NCBI RefSeq assembly: GCF_964213995.1
Contig: NW_027590293.1
Coordinates: 1 to 64,000, forward strand
Length of the DNA stretch: 64,000 bases
Reading direction: 5' to 3'
Origin: Mustelus asterias
Lineage: Eukaryota
Part shown: piece by piece, positions 38,590 to 51,799 of the stretch
Layout of the letters: each line of letters starts with the position of its first letter
Numbering within the stretch: the stretch's first letter is position 1
Translations under genes and position numbers: made by a program
The notes under the pieces: model-generated
Told to the model about the DNA's origin: nothing
The model's database searches: none
The model's input: only the letters and a program-made list of their open reading frames with translations

Positions 38590-38925
38590 TTTTTTATTCA
38601 TTCATGGGATCTGGGGGTCGTTGGCTGGCCAGCATTTATCGCCTATCCCTAGTAGCCCGAGGGCAGTTGAGAGTCAACCACATTGCTGCGGACCTGGAGT
38701 CACATGTAGGCCAGAACAGGACATTACGGAAGGAAATCTGCCCAACAACTTTTTCAACAATCAGCAATGGTTTCAAGGCCATCAGTAGATTCATAGTTCC
38801 AGATTTTTCTTATTGAATTCAAATTCCACCATCTGCCTTGGATTTGAACCCAGGTCCCCAGAACATCAGGTGAGTTTCTGGATTAATAGTCCAGCGATAA
38901 TACCACGAGGCCATCGCCTCCCCCT
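38590..38925 (-). mobile_element. tRNA-derived SINE family B
   Basis: Same head and core as 32135 and 63420. Confidence 0.7.
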
Positions 38926-39182
38926 CGACTGTGATTGTGAACAGTGGTGTCCTTTCATGTTCAAAATTCTCTGCTTTTCTGGTTATGATAAATTGTGCGA
39001 CTCCATCCAATCCTAATCTGATGTTTTGTGTGAGTTTCCTGACCCCTAATCCACCTCTTCTAAGACCAATTATGTTAACACCTATTAACAGAGCTGGAGC
39101 TATTTTTCAATTCAGCAGAAAAAGATCCAAATGAACATGGTTCAGTCTGAATATGGATGACAGCAAAATCCAATCACAATAG

Positions 39183-39854
39183 TTACTTGTGAATTCGCTG
39201 GTGTCTCAGCAGCCTGGATGAGGTAATGAATCCCTTCCCACACTGGGAACAAGTGAACGGCCTTTCCCCAGTATGAACCCGTTCATGATTTATCAGCGTG
39301 GATGACTGCTTGAATCCTTTCCCACACACAGAGCAGGTGAACGGCCTCTCCCCAGTGTGAATCCGCTGGTGTTTCCGAAGGTGAGATGAGTGAGTAAATC
39401 CCTTCCCACACTGGGAGCAGGTGAATGGTCTCTCCCCAGTGTGAACTCGCTGGTGTTTCAGCAGATTGGCTGAGTGAGTGAATCCCTTCCCACACTGAGA
39501 GCAGGTGAACGGCTTCTCCCCAGTGTGAATTCGCTCGTGTAATGCTAGTTTGGATGATTGATTGAATCCCTTCCCACACACAGAGCAGGTGAATGGCCTC
39601 TCCTCAGTGTGAATTCGCTGGTGTACTGCTAGGTTGGATGACTGATTGAATCCCTTCCCAGACACAGAGCAGGTGAACGGTCTCTCTCCAGTGTGAATTC
39701 GTTGGTGTTTCAGCAGCTGGGATGAGGTAGCGAATCCCTTCCCACACCGGGAGCAGGTGAATGGCTTCTCCCCAGTGTGGCTGCGTCGATGAGTTTCCAG
39801 CTGTGATGGAAAATCGAATCCCTTCCCACAGTCCCCACATTTCCATGCCATCAT
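39183..39854 (-). CDS. Tandem C2H2 zinc-finger protein ZNF-8, 8 fingers (one Cys->Ser); upstream family ATG (39968) is followed by an in-frame TGA
   Basis: MEENCTVHS* then open frame; internal MMAWKCGDC start available; may be a pseudogene. Confidence 0.65.
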   Translation of the reverse strand: MMAWKCGDCGKGFDFPSQLETHRRSHTGEKPFTCSRCGKGFATSSQLLKHQRIHTGERPFTCSVSGKGFNQSSNLAVHQRIHTEERPFTCSVCGKGFNQSSKLALHERIHTGEKPFTCSQCGKGFTHSANLLKHQRVHTGERPFTCSQCGKGFTHSSHLRKHQRIHTGERPFTCSVCGKGFKQSSTLINHERVHTGERPFTCSQCGKGFITSSRLLRHQRIHK

Positions 39855-40429
39855 CCGTTTGTGACTGCAATAACAGTCCAAAAGGCCCGATGAGTGATTG
39901 AAGTCTTGTCGACACACAGAACATGCGTACAGTGTCTCTCAACTGTGAACAGTGCAATTTTCTTCCATGTTCAAAATACTACAACATTCAGGTTCTCATA
40001 AATTGGTGCTGGCTCCATCAGATTCTGATGTGATATTCGGTTTCAGTTTCCCAGCTGCAAATCCTCCTCTTCTGAAAACCTGTGAACTTGATTTAAAACA
40101 GGAAAAAGGGAATGAGAGAGAACCCACAAAAAACAAGTCCATCAGTGAGAGTGCAGGATAGAAATCCCCCCCATTCTCTCCTCCTGCTCCAGGGTCAGTA
40201 AAGTGAGTTAAAGATGATTCTCATTAACAAACCCATTGCTGCATTTCCTTCCTGAAGCCACATTTGTCCACTGGGGCCTGGCCCCGGGAGAAAGCGCTGC
40301 AGCTGCCGTTGTGTTGGGTGTTGAGGCGGTGCCGCTAGTTCCTTATTGGGGGTGTTGAAGCCTCCACTGGGTGTGTGGAGCCTCCCCTCCCACCCACTGC
40401 CCCTAACGCTGCCTCCGCTTATCCGCCTC

Positions 40430-40930
40430 CTTCCCGCCTGACTATCAGACAAACAAGCGCCTGTCCCTGGACATGAGCCGCACTGCGCATGCTCAACGTC
40501 ACAATGCCCGGGGACTGATTGACGGCAGCTCTGGGCCAATAGACAAAGGGGGCGGGCCGGGAGGACCGAGCTGGAGCGAATGGTCCTCCAACCAATCGGA
40601 GTGAATGAGGGGCGGGATGTTAAGCATGCGCAGTAGCGCTGTAATGGCGACAGACAGACGGTTTTTATTCGAATCCACAAACGGTACAAGGAAAATTGCG
40701 GAACGCGGGGACGGTGGATCTGGCGGGTGGGTGAAGAGTGTTTGTAAACATGTTGTTCAGGCCCAACTTCCAAAAAAGGACTTTCTGTTTCGCGCCGAGC
40801 GGGGCCCAAAGTCCAATGTTCGGCTCGGGTTAACGGCCACCATCTTTATTGGGGGCAATGAGCAGCAGGGCTCATGCGTTCCGCCATCTTTGTAAGGGGC
40901 AAAGGTGTCATTGAGTGGGAGGAGCTTGTT
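40430..40930. promoter_or_regulatory. CpG-rich promoter P5 between divergent ZNF-8 and ZNF-9 (paralog of P2)
   Basis: actgcgcatgctc, ccaatag, ccaatc, ggggcggg, gcatgcgcag, ccgccatcttt in the same order as P2. Confidence 0.75.
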
Positions 40931-41104
40931 CCCCATTGTTCAGAATGGAGACAACTTGTCCATCAACCCTCTGCCCCGGGTAATCTGACCCTGTTTTACA
41001 CAGAGCCAGATGTTTAATTGATCAGGCAAAGTGGCAGCATAACAAGGAAAGGAAGCAAATTCTGCTCTCCGGATCCCACTAACTATTTTAAATTTTAATG
41101 CTTA

Positions 41105-41372
41105 TCCATTAGTCACAAGCAAGGCTTATATTAACACTGCAATGAAGGTACTGTGAAATTCCCCTCGTCGCCACACTCTGACACCTGTTCAGGTTAATGC
41201 ACCCTAACCAGCACATCTTTCAGAATGTGGGAGGAAACTGGAGCACCCAGGGGAAACCTACGGAGATGCGGGGAGAATGTGCAATCTCCACACAGACATT
41301 GACCCAAGCTGGGAATTGAACCCGGGTCCCTGGCGCTGTAAAGCAGCAGTGCTAACCACTGTGCTACTGTGC
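41105..41372 (-). mobile_element. HE1-like SINE with an alternative 3' tail
   Basis: HE1 head and V-domain joined to a tail (ttagtcacaag...acactgcaatgaag) also seen alone at ~55010-55070. Confidence 0.65.
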
Positions 41373-41519
41373 TATTCAGAGGTCCTGCCCCATATGTCCA
41401 AAGATCTGCGGTTCATTTCAGTCTCATGAAGACCCGTGGCAGAAACTCTCGACGCTGAGTAGACATCATCCTCAAATTGAGGAACAGATAACAGCAACTG
41501 GCAATGCGCAACAGGGCAT

Positions 41520-41880
41520 GATTTTGATTTAATTGGATTTATTATTGTCACATGTACTGGGATACAGTGGAAACTATTTTTTCTTGTGCTATATGAGCAA
41601 AACATACCGTTCATAGAGTACATAGGGAGAAGGAAAGGAGAGGGTGCAGAACGTAGTGTTACAGTTGTCGCAACGGTGTAGAGAAAGATCAACTTAATAT
41701 CCCATTCAAAATCTGATGGCAGCAGGGAAAAAGCTGGTCTTGAGGCAGTTGGTACATGATCTGACTTTTTGTATCTTTTTCCTGACAGAAGAAGGTGGAA
41801 GAGAGTATGTCCAGGTATTTGGGGGCCTTGATTATGCTGGCTGCTTTTCTGAGGCAGTGGGAAATGTAGATGGAGTCAAT
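41520..41880 (-). mobile_element. Rex1/Babar-like LINE 3' end
   Basis: Reverse complement similar to 37075-37468. Confidence 0.55.
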
Positions 41881-42228
41881 AGAACAAAATCTGACAGAGT
41901 CACTGTATTCATCAAAACCTAAATGAACGTATGTCTGTGGAAAAGATTCAAACATGTGTGTGACTGGAAATGGGGAAAAGCAATGTCATGGAGGGATTTG
42001 AAAAGAAAGATGAGAATTTTGAACTGAGTTGCTGCTGAAACGGGAGCCTGTGTAAGTCAGTGAGTCACTGAGATTCAGTGCAGAGATTTGGATAAACTCA
42101 AGTTTATCACAGGTTGAATGGAGGCTGGTCAGGATGTGAAAAATCGTCAAGTCTAGAGGTTATAAATGAATGAACGAGAGTTTCAGGAACATGTATTTGG
42201 ACCAAGTCGAGTGATGGGAATTAGATTT

Positions 42229-42566
42229 AGGGCGGCACGGTGGCACAGTGGTTAGCGCTGTTGCCTCACAGCTCTAGGGACCTGGGTTCAGTTCCCGACT
42301 TGGGTGACTGTCTGTGTGAAATTTGCACATTCTCCCTGTGTCTGCATGGGTTTCCTCCGGGTGCTCCAGTTTCCTCCCACAGTCCAGAGGTGTGGATTAG
42401 GTTGATTTTCCATGCTAAATTGCCCTTTAGTTTCCTGGGGTGCGTAGGTTCGAGGGATTAGTGGGGTAAATATGTGGGGTTACGGGGATGGGCTGAGGTG
42501 GGATTGCTGTCAGTGCAGACTTGATGGGCTGAATGGCCTCCTTCGGCGCTGTAGGGTTTCTATGAG
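42229..42566 (+). mobile_element. HE1-like SINE, full length
   Basis: gggcggcacggtggcacagtggttagc head, V-domain, tttctatga tail. Confidence 0.85.
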
Positions 42567-43415
42567 ATAGAAACTCATTCTTGGAGGTGGCAGAGATAAA
42601 TGGTCAGAAACTCAGCTGGCAGGTCTGAAGAAGAGTTATAGGGACTCAGAACATTAACTCTGTTTCTTTCTCCACAGATGCTGCCAGACCTGCTGAGTTT
42701 ATGCAGCATTTTCTGTTTTTATTTCAGTTTTTGCTTTTATTTTAGTGAAATAATTTTCGATTGTTGCAAACAGTCTGGTTCAGCCTCAGACTGTTGTCAG
42801 GGAGAGGGATGGAGTCAGTGGGTATGGAGTAGAGTTTGTAGTCGGGTCTTCATCGTCCCAATATTTAAATAGAGGAAATTTTTGTTAATCCAGTGCTGGA
42901 TGTCAGACAAGTCAGGATGGTGTGTGACCTGAATGGGAACTTGGAGTTGATGCTGTCCACATACACTTGCTATCCTGATTCTTTGAGGTGCCAGAGGCTG
43001 AGAGTCGGGGAAATTCTCTCAAAGTTCTGGCAGAGGTTTAGATATATACAATCCATCACCTTCACTCATTCTGCTCCCAGCTCTCTGTCTCTCTTCTCTT
43101 GAGATCCGGACTATGTGAAAAGTTCACTTCCCTGAAGGATATTAGTGAATCAGTTGGTTTTTTATAACAATTTAGCAGCTTTCATGGTCACATTTTCCTC
43201 GTGCCGGCCCCACAAATTACCAGATTCATTCAGCTCAATTTCACAACCTGCCTTTGTGTTTTTGTGGGTTCTCTCTCACTCCCTTTTTTCTGTTTTGAAT
43301 CAGTTTCACAGAGTATTGGAAAGGTTCGCAGGCAGGAAAGTCAAACCAATCACCACATCAAAATCTGACAGAGTCACTCGATTCATCAGGACTTGAATAT
43401 CATCGGCCTTTGAAA

Positions 43416-45101
43416 ATGGAAGCAAAAAGAACCGTTCACGCCAGGGAGAAACCGTGGAAATGTGGGGAATGTGGGAGGGGATTCAGATCCCCATCTGAGC
43501 TTCAGATCCCCTTCTGACCCTGTGGATTACAGGGTCAAAGGTAGGGTTCTGAAGACTGTGGAGGAACAGAGAGATCTTGGGGTCCATATCCACAGATCTC
43601 TAAAGGTTGCCACTCAAGTGGATAGAGCTGTGAAGAAGGCCTATAGTGTGTTAGCTTTTATTAACAGGGGGTTGGAGTATAAGAGCCGTGGGGTTATGCT
43701 GCAACTGTACAGGACCTTGGTGAGACCACATTTGGAATATTGTGTGCAGTTCTGGTCACCTCACTATAAGAAGGATGTGGAAGCGCTGGAAAGAGTGCAG
43801 AGGAGATTTACCAGGATGCTGCCTGGTTTGGAGGGTAGGTCTTATGAGGAAAAGTTGAAGGAGCTCGGGCTGTTCTCTCTGGAGCGGAGGAGGCTGAGGG
43901 GAGACTTAATAGAGGTTTATAAAATGATGAAGGGGATAGATAGAGTGAATGTTCAAAGACTATTTCCTCGGGTGGATGGAGCTGTTACAAGGGGGCATAA
44001 CTATAGGGTTCATGGTGGGAAATATAGGAAGGATATCAGAGGTCGGTTCTTTACGCAGAGAGTGGTTGGGGTGTGGAATGGACTGCCTGCAGTGATAGTG
44101 GAGTCAGACACTTTAGGAACATTTCAGTGGTTATTGGATAGGCACATGGAGCACACCAGGATGATAGGGAGTGGGATAGCTTGATCTTGGTTTCAGATAA
44201 AGCTCGGCACAACATCGTGGGCCGAAGGGCCTGTTCTGTGCTGTACTGTTCTATTTTCTATGTTATATGAGCTGGAAATTCATTGGCGCAGACACACCGG
44301 GGAGAGACCATTCATCTGCTCCAATTGTGGGAAGCAATTCATTCAATTAATTTGCCTTCAGAGACACCAGCGACTTCACACCGGGGAGAGGCCGTTCACC
44401 TGCTGAAACACCGGCAGGTTCACGAAGACAAGAGAGAGTTTAAATGCTCCGACTGTGAGAAGAGCTTTAAAAACCCACACGCACTGAGGGAGCACCAGCT
44501 CATTCACACTGGGGACGCACCGTTCAGCTGCTCACTGTGTGGGAAGAGGTTCAGGACATCTCCCCACCTTCAGACACACCAACGAGTTCACACTGACAAG
44601 AGACCTTTCAAATGTCCAGAGTGTGAGAAGTATTTCAAAGGTTCTGGGGATCTGCAGTACCATCAATGTGTTCACACTGAGGATAAACCATTCAGGTGCT
44701 CTCACTGCAGTACTGGGTTCAAGCAAGCATCTCACCTCACTGTACACCAGCGCACTCACACTGGGGAGAAGCCGTTCATCTGCTGCAAATGTGGGAAGGG
44801 ATTCGCTCAGTCCTCCAACCTGCTGACGCACCAACAAATTCACACTGAGGTGAGGCCGTTCACCTGTTCTGAGTGTGAAAAGGGATTTGCACGATCATCC
44901 CATCTGCTGACACACCAGCGCATTCACACTGGGGAGAGGCCGTTCACCTGCTCCGAGTGCGGGAAGAGATTTACCAAATCATCTGCACTGCAGACACACC
45001 AGCGAGTTCACACTGGGGAGAAACCCTTCACTTGCTCCATGTGTAGGAAGAGATTTAATCGATCATCCAACTTGGTGAAACACCAGAGAGTTCACAATTG
45101 A
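43416..45101 (+). pseudogene. ZNF-9, disrupted by a CR1 insertion in finger 1 and a frameshifting deletion in finger 3; about 8 downstream fingers still in open frame
   Basis: MEAKRTVHAREKPWKCGECGRGFRSPSE | LINE | [15 protein letters not shown]...FTC* ; open frame continues to 45101. Confidence 0.85.
43518..44267 (+). mobile_element. Young CR1/HER1-like LINE 3' portion inserted in ZNF-9 coding sequence
   Basis: Open ORF2 C-terminus (DLGVHIHRSLK...LVRPHLEYCVQFWSPHYKKD...FFTQRVVGVWNGLP); tgagct on both sides; near-identical to 52470-52917. Confidence 0.92.
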
Positions 45102-45274
45102 CTGCACTGCTCTGATTCTGCTGTTGTTCATCAGATTCAGGACTGAACCTTGTTCATCATGACACTGGGGAAGTGTTGATGATGTTACTGCTAAGTACAG
45201 TAACTGGGCTGGAGCTGACAGAACTTGAATTCATATAGCACCTTTCACAACCTCAGGACATCTCTGTGTACAGT

Positions 45275-45452
45275 CAGCCTCCACAAACAGCAATGTGACA
45301 ATGAGCAGTGATCTGTTTGCAGTGAGATTGGGTGAGGGGGAATATTGGTCTCACCAGGGTGAGCTCCCTGTCCTTCTTCCAAATAGAAGCCATGTGATCT
45401 TTCATCTCTGCCTGACAGAGCAGATGGGGCCCTTGGTTTAACATCCTCATAT
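45275..45452 (-). mobile_element. Deu-domain SINE fragment (SacSINE1/AmnSINE1-like)
   Basis: Reverse complement gatgttaaaccaagggccccatctgc...aaagatcacatggcttctatttggaagaaggacaggg matches my recollection of the Deu core; another piece at ~8540-8600. Confidence 0.6.
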
Positions 45453-45782
45453 TAGTGAAGTGAAGAGCCTTAATTCTGAGACAATTGAAGAATAAGCAAT
45501 TAAACAATAGTTGTCCTTGTCAGACTGGTAATATAACCTGTAACACAAAGGTTGTAATTGTTTATTATTATAAATAATATGATTTTAAGTACACTGGTCA
45601 TAAGTCATGAGAACTGTCAAATTATGTTTTCCAGTCAATCTAGAAAGATAAGGTCGAGCTCACAAAACATTTATGGCTTTGACAAGTTATATTAAGTTGG
45701 GGAATGAATGGGACCTCACTCAAGCTATGATTCTATGATTCTTCTAAGCTGTCTCATTTATTGTTCTAAGACATCAGGAGAT

Positions 45783-46512
45783 AACAAAGAACAGTACAGC
45801 ACAGGAAACAGGCCCTTCGGCCCTCCAAGTCTGTGCCGCTCATTGGTCCAACTAGACCAATCGTTTGTATCCCTCCATTCCCAGACTGCTCATGTGACTA
45901 TCCAGGTAAGTCTTAAACGATGCCAGCATGTCTGCCTCCACCACCCTACTTGGCAGCGCATTCCAGGCCGCCACCACCCTCTGTGTAAAAAACGTCCCTC
46001 TGATATCTGAATTATACTTCGCCCCTCTCAGCTTGAGCCCGTGACCCCTCGTGATCGTCACCTCAAACCAGGGAAAAATCTTCCCACTGTTCACCCTATC
46101 TATCCCCTTCATAATTTTGTATACCTCTATTAGATCTCCCCTCATTCTCCGTCTTTCCAAGGAGAACAAGCCCAGTTTACCCAATCTCTCCTCATAGCTA
46201 AGACCTTCCATACCAGGCAACATCCTGGTAAACTTTTTCTGCCCTCTCTCTAAAGCCTCCACGTCCCTCTGGTAGTGCGGCGACCAGAACCGGACACAGT
46301 GCTCCAAATGTGGCCTAACCAGCGTTCTATACAGCTGCAACATCATACTCCAGCTTTTATACTCTACACCCCGTCCTATAAAGGCAAGCATACCATATGC
46401 CTTCTTCACCGCCTTCTCCACCTGTGCTGCCACCTTCAAGGGTTTGTGGACTTGCACACCTAGGTCCCTCTGTGTTTCTATACTCTTGATGGCTCTGCCA
46501 TTTATTGTATAA
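45783..46512 (-). mobile_element. CR1/HER1-like LINE 3' portion
   Basis: ORF 45852-46457 is the CR1 ORF2 C-terminus; gttctttgtt tail. Confidence 0.9.
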
Positions 46513-49500
46513 ATGGATGCTAGTAGGTGTCAGGGGCCAATCAGACAGTTAAGTTAATCAAATATAGTTCAACACTGAAGCTAATTTGAGCAAACGAGAG
46601 TTGAGGGGGTAAAAATAAAGGTTTTGAGTAGCCACTCTGTTAACATGTTATCCACCTTGTCTGATTATCATTTCACGTCTTTGGCCTGATCAACCGAGGA
46701 AAGTTTTGAGAAGTCTGCTTCATTGTTAAAGATAAGCTTTCTCCTTTCTGCCAATTACTGTTAATTCGAACTTTGTTTTTTATCTTTCTAACTTTTTAAC
46801 CTTTTAATGGTTAATAAATCTTCTGATTTTACCAATTAAAATGTTCATTCTGGCTAGATAGATAAATCTTTATTGAAAATTGGGGATTTATTGCAAACAA
46901 CCTCTACCCGATAAATCAACTTCAAAGTGCAAATACTCCCTGGATTTGGTGTCTCGGTGTAAGTGGTCCCTGGATTTTGTGTTTCTGTGTAAATGGTCCT
47001 TAGACTTGGTATCTCAGTACAAGTGGGCCCCGCACTGCTTTCAGTCCAACTGTCTATATTCCATCTTTCATTGATTTCAATGTAATGGAAACTGGGAGTT
47101 GGAACCTGTCAGCATTTGAAAGATATTCACAAATAATTGGAGGATTTCTTACATTTGGGATCTTTCTCTGTTCTGTCCTCTCGAGGTGTTAGATAACAGA
47201 CTTCACCCTGTGAATATCCAGCTGGCGTATTGGGCCCCTGGTGTGTTTCCTTGTTTATATTGTTGACTCTAAATATTGAATCTTGTGGTTTCAGACCTCA
47301 AATAATCAAACTCCCAACAGCAGATTGTCTTTTACTGACTTTATTAACAGCACTGCAATAATAGACAGAATATAGTTACTTGTTCGGAGAACAGAGATAA
47401 TATCATAAGTTCAGAGCTCTCTATCCTGAGAAGCCATTCAGTTGTGACAAATTGCTACAGAAAAGTCAATGATAAAACTACACAGATCACCCCACATTGA
47501 CCTAGGTTCCAGAAATGACAACAGCACACTGTTCCCAAGACAATCCTGCAAAGATTTCCTGGCTCACAGCTGGGGGCTTGTGCCAAATTTAGCAGAGATT
47601 TTCTGTAAGACCTGGGTTCCCTCAACTTAAATATAAGACTTAACGTCAATTACAATTGTTGGACTCAGTTGGAAGAGGTGATCGAAAAGGGACTTTCATT
47701 TCTAACTAGCTACAGGACCAAACTTAGTACAAATATTGTTCCAAGCTTTACAGAATTTACTAAGTTAATCACATAAGTACAAAATGTAAAACTTAACAAA
47801 GGCAGTGGAAGCAGTCAGTTCACTTTGTAACGCTGGCTCACAACTTCCAGCCAACTGCAGCACTGTCTCTTGTCCTGTTGATTGTTGTCTATCTTCTTCC
47901 TGCTCAGCTTCTCTGAGCTGTGAACTGGGCAGCTGAAAGCTGATGGTTATTAACCCTTTCTAGACACAGCCCCTGTGCACGATCAATGGTGTTCCTGAAC
48001 TCTGGTTCACCATGATCAGTCCCTGATTGATTTAGGTGGTGTGTAATCATTGATTGGTTTCTCAGTGGTGATGGTCATCTACTGACCATTTCCTGCAATT
48101 TCCCGACTGGCCGTCTAATGTGTCAGTTACTTCCGGAGTCTGCCCCACATGATAGCCTTTCCTGTCATTTCACTAAATTTTATGGCTTTGTACTGAGATA
48201 ATAGGGGCATAAAGATATCTTCTTTGTCCACTTATTTGAAATATGCTAGTTTATGGTGTCAAATCCCAATGGTTAACATTTGGGCTCAAATGTCTAATTG
48301 ATGTGTAGAAATCCTGTACAGTTCTCATTGGGGCAGGTGACTATCAGTATATCTTGGTTAAAGAAACTGCTTGCTGGTTTTTGTAGTGGCTGCCAGTTAA
48401 TTAAAAGGACACAAAGTGACACACAGACTTAAACTAATACAGAAATTACAAAGTGACTTCAGATCTGAAATCCAAAGAAAGGGGGCATCAAATCAGTGTG
48501 TAAAAGATGAGATAGCAAGATACACATATAAATACAACATAATACATTCAATTGATAAACGTTCAAAAGTAATGAGTCAGAATAACTACTGTGTTATGAA
48601 AACTAAACTGAAACCTTTAATTTTTCAACCCAAAGATGGTTATAAAGTGTGAAGGAAAGTGACTGCTTCTTTTAAGATATTACAAGTTCTTGTGCCTGCC
48701 GCACAGTCTGTTCTAAAACTCATACGATGGACAATGAGTAGACTTCTTGTTAGTACAACCAATATTTATTTAGAACACACAATCAATAATCACCCACCCA
48801 ACCAACAATAAGTTATCTTACAGAAAATACGAAAGTTCAAGCCCAATACAAGACCTTGACTTAACTTTGCGTGACTGGCAAGGACCCAAGCAGATATTGG
48901 TCTTTATCTGTGCGCTGGTCTCGGTCGTCCTCTGCATAGTCGGGTCCTTTGGTCTGGTCTGGTACTCTGGCTCTGGTCTTCCTTCCTTCTCGGGTGTGGT
49001 GGCTCTCTTCATGCTGGTCGTCGTTGGCAATGGTCACTGTTGTTGTAGCTCGTTCGTGGGGTCAGAGAGAGAGAGAGCTTCTGTTGTGCAGAAGCTTTTA
49101 TCCCTCCCTGGTTTCGTGTCCTTTTAGGGCGGTCTCCTGATTCTTGTCAATCAATCGATCAGGGCTTGATCACCCTGATTGATAAGAGTCCAATCAGGTG
49201 CTGCCACACCGATCTCTGGGTGTGTACCCAACGGCCATGCCTGTAGGTGCTGGAGGCACATAGGTCACATACCTCCCTCCCAAATAAGGGGTTACGGTAA
49301 ACAAGTATGTTTGACCAGAAAGGGTCCATTGTCTTTGGGATGGCCTATTTCCTGTGTATTCACTCGTCTGGGTTGCAGCCTGTTTATCTCTGTCTTTTAG
49401 GCTGCAGCCTGTCATTTTAGTTCTTGCCCAATTGTCCCAGAGTGCTTTACAAATTGTCATTTTAGATGGCCCGTTTGGCCACAAAGTTAAAAGGTTAAAC

Positions 49501-49526
49501 TAATGACACAATGCCATAAACTAATG

Positions 49527-49740
49527 ACAGTAAGAAGTCTCACAACACCAGGTTAAAGTCCAACAGGTTTATTTGGTAGCAAATACCATAAGCTTTCGGA
49601 GCACTGCTCCTTCGTCAGATGGAGTGGATATCTGTTCTCCAACAGTGCACAGACACAGAAATCAAGTTACAGAATACTAATTAGAATGCGAATCTCTAAA
49701 GCCAGCCAGGTCTTAAAGGTACAGATAATGTGGGTGGAGG
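49527..49740 (-). mobile_element. Penelope pLTR fragment with hammerhead-like core
   Basis: Similar to 17815-18030; reverse complement CTGACGAAGGAGCAGTGCTCCGAAAGCTT. Confidence 0.8.
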
Positions 49741-49741
49741 G

Positions 49742-50904
49742 TCTTGACAGGTTGATGTGGAAAGGATGTTTCCTCTTGTTTGAGAGTCTAGAGCGAGAGG
49801 TCCTTGTTTAAAAATAAGGGTTCGCCCATTTAAAACGGAGATGAGGTGAAATATTTTCTTTCAGAGGGTCATGAACCTCTGGAACACTCTTCTGAAAAGG
49901 CGGTGGAAGCAGAATCTTTGAATATTTTTAAGGCAGATGTAGATAGATTCTTGGCAAGCAAGTGGGTGATAGATTATTGGGGGGTTGGCAGGATACAGAT
50001 TTAAGGTTACTATCAGATCAGCCCTGATCTGATTAAATGGTGGAGCAGACTCAAGGGGCCAAATAGCCGAATCCTGCTCCTTGTTCCTGTGAGACTAATG
50101 ACTAATAAACATAAACTAATGACACAGTACTGAAGGCTTGAAACTTCACAGCTGGTTTCTTCACACAATATGGCCTCTAACTCAATATAACTGTTATTGT
50201 CAATGGCTGAGGGGTTAACAGTTCCAGACCTCAGCTCATCCAGAGTTGATGGGATCCACAGGACTCTGTAATTAAAGTATAAAAGTGTAGCTTTACACCG
50301 GCCTAGGGTCATGTGATATATTTCACTTCTCAAATAAGGATGCAGCTACAGACAAAGCTGGTTACATGATACTAACGTATTACAATTAAGCAGAATATCA
50401 CAGCAGATTAATTGATTAATACACTTCAATTACTTGATCATTACACATAACTAAGCTACAAACTATTAAATATGACCATTCCTACAGTCGAACAGTCCAG
50501 TCAAGCAGCAGGCTGACACAGTCATACTTTGAATCATATCTTACTGCCAATGTCTCACAGGAACAAGGAGCAGGATTCGGCTATTTGGCCCCTTGAGTCT
50601 GCTCCACCATTTAATCAGATCAGGGCTGATCTGATAATAACTTTAAATCTGCATCCTGCCTACCCCCAATAATCTATCACCCACTTGCTTGCCAAGAATG
50701 TATCTACATCTGCCTTAAAAATATTCAAAGACTCTGCTTCCACTGTCTTTTCAGAAGAGTGTTCCAGAGGTTCACGACCCTCTGAAAGAAAATATTTCAC
50801 CTCATCTCCGTTTTAAATGTGCGAACCCTTATTTTTAAACAGGGACCTCTAGCTCTAGATTCTCACACAAGAGGAAACATCCTCTCCACATCAACCTGTC
50901 AAGA
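49742..50904. repeat. ~355-bp inverted repeat of a CR1 3' end (49742-50095 vs 50552-50904)
   Basis: About 15 mismatches counted by eye; the right copy continues into a longer CR1 to ~51710. Confidence 0.9.
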
Positions 50905-51224
50905 ACCTTCAGGATCTTCTATGTTTCGATCAAATTGATCTTACTCTTCTAAACTCCAGCAGACACAAACCTAGCCTGTCCAAGCTTTACCCATAATCCA
51001 CACATTTCCAGCATTAGTCTGGTCAATCGACTGCTTCCAATGTATTTACATCCTTGCTTAAACAAGATGACCAATACTGTACACCGTACTCCAGATGTGG
51101 TCTCACTGGTGCTCTGGATAACTGAAGCATAACCTCCATATTTATGTAATCAATTCCCCTCACAAATGATAACTTTCCTAATTACTTGCTTTACCTGCTT
51201 ACTAGCTTTTTGTGATTCATGCAA

Positions 51225-51618
51225 AAAACAAAGAACAGCACAGGAACAGGCCCTTCGGCCAACGCTGATCACATTGTCCTAGCGAGACCAACCACTTATA
51301 TCCCTCTATTTCCCATCTGTTCATGTGTCTATCCAGATAAGTCTTAAATGTCGCTAATGTATCTGCCTCAACCACCTCACTTGGCAGTGCATTCCAGGCC
51401 CCCACCACCCTCTGTGTAAAAAGACTTCCCCCAACATCTCCACTGAACCTTTCCCCCTTATCTTGAACTTGTTCCCCTTGTAATTGTCATTTCTTCCCTG
51501 GGAAAAAGCTCCCAACTGTTCACCCTATCCACACCCCTCATAATTTTATAAACGTCTATCAGGTCACACCTCAGCCTCCGTCTTTCCAGGGAGAACAATC
51601 CCAGTTTATTCAATCTCT
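51225..51618 (-). mobile_element. CR1-like LINE 3' end nested in an older CR1
   Basis: VGAWNALPSEVVEADTLATFKTYLDRHM. Confidence 0.8.
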
Positions 51619-51799
51619 AGAACACCCAGATCCCTCTGCATCTCAGAGCTCTACAATCTCTCACCATTTAGATAATCTGCTTCCCTTTTATCCTTCCTGC
51701 CAAAATGTGCTGTCCTACCAGCAGTTCAGACCTGAGTAGAGGGAGCAGCACAGAGGTGGACAGTGCAAGTGAGTCATCCTGGGAGTCCTCAACTTGAAA

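Noticed and set aside
42229-42300. tRNA gene
   Set aside because: A and B boxes continue into a SINE body and tail; true of all tRNA-like heads in the window
43462-44184. Functional ZNF-RT fusion gene
   Set aside because: The ZNF frame stops at ~43517; the LINE part is only the ORF2 C-terminus without the RT catalytic core
46520-49490. Named ERV or LTR element
   Set aside because: Looks LTR-like (AATAAA, similarity of 46735-46845 to 25650-25750) but I could not fix TG...CA ends, TSDs or coding motifs
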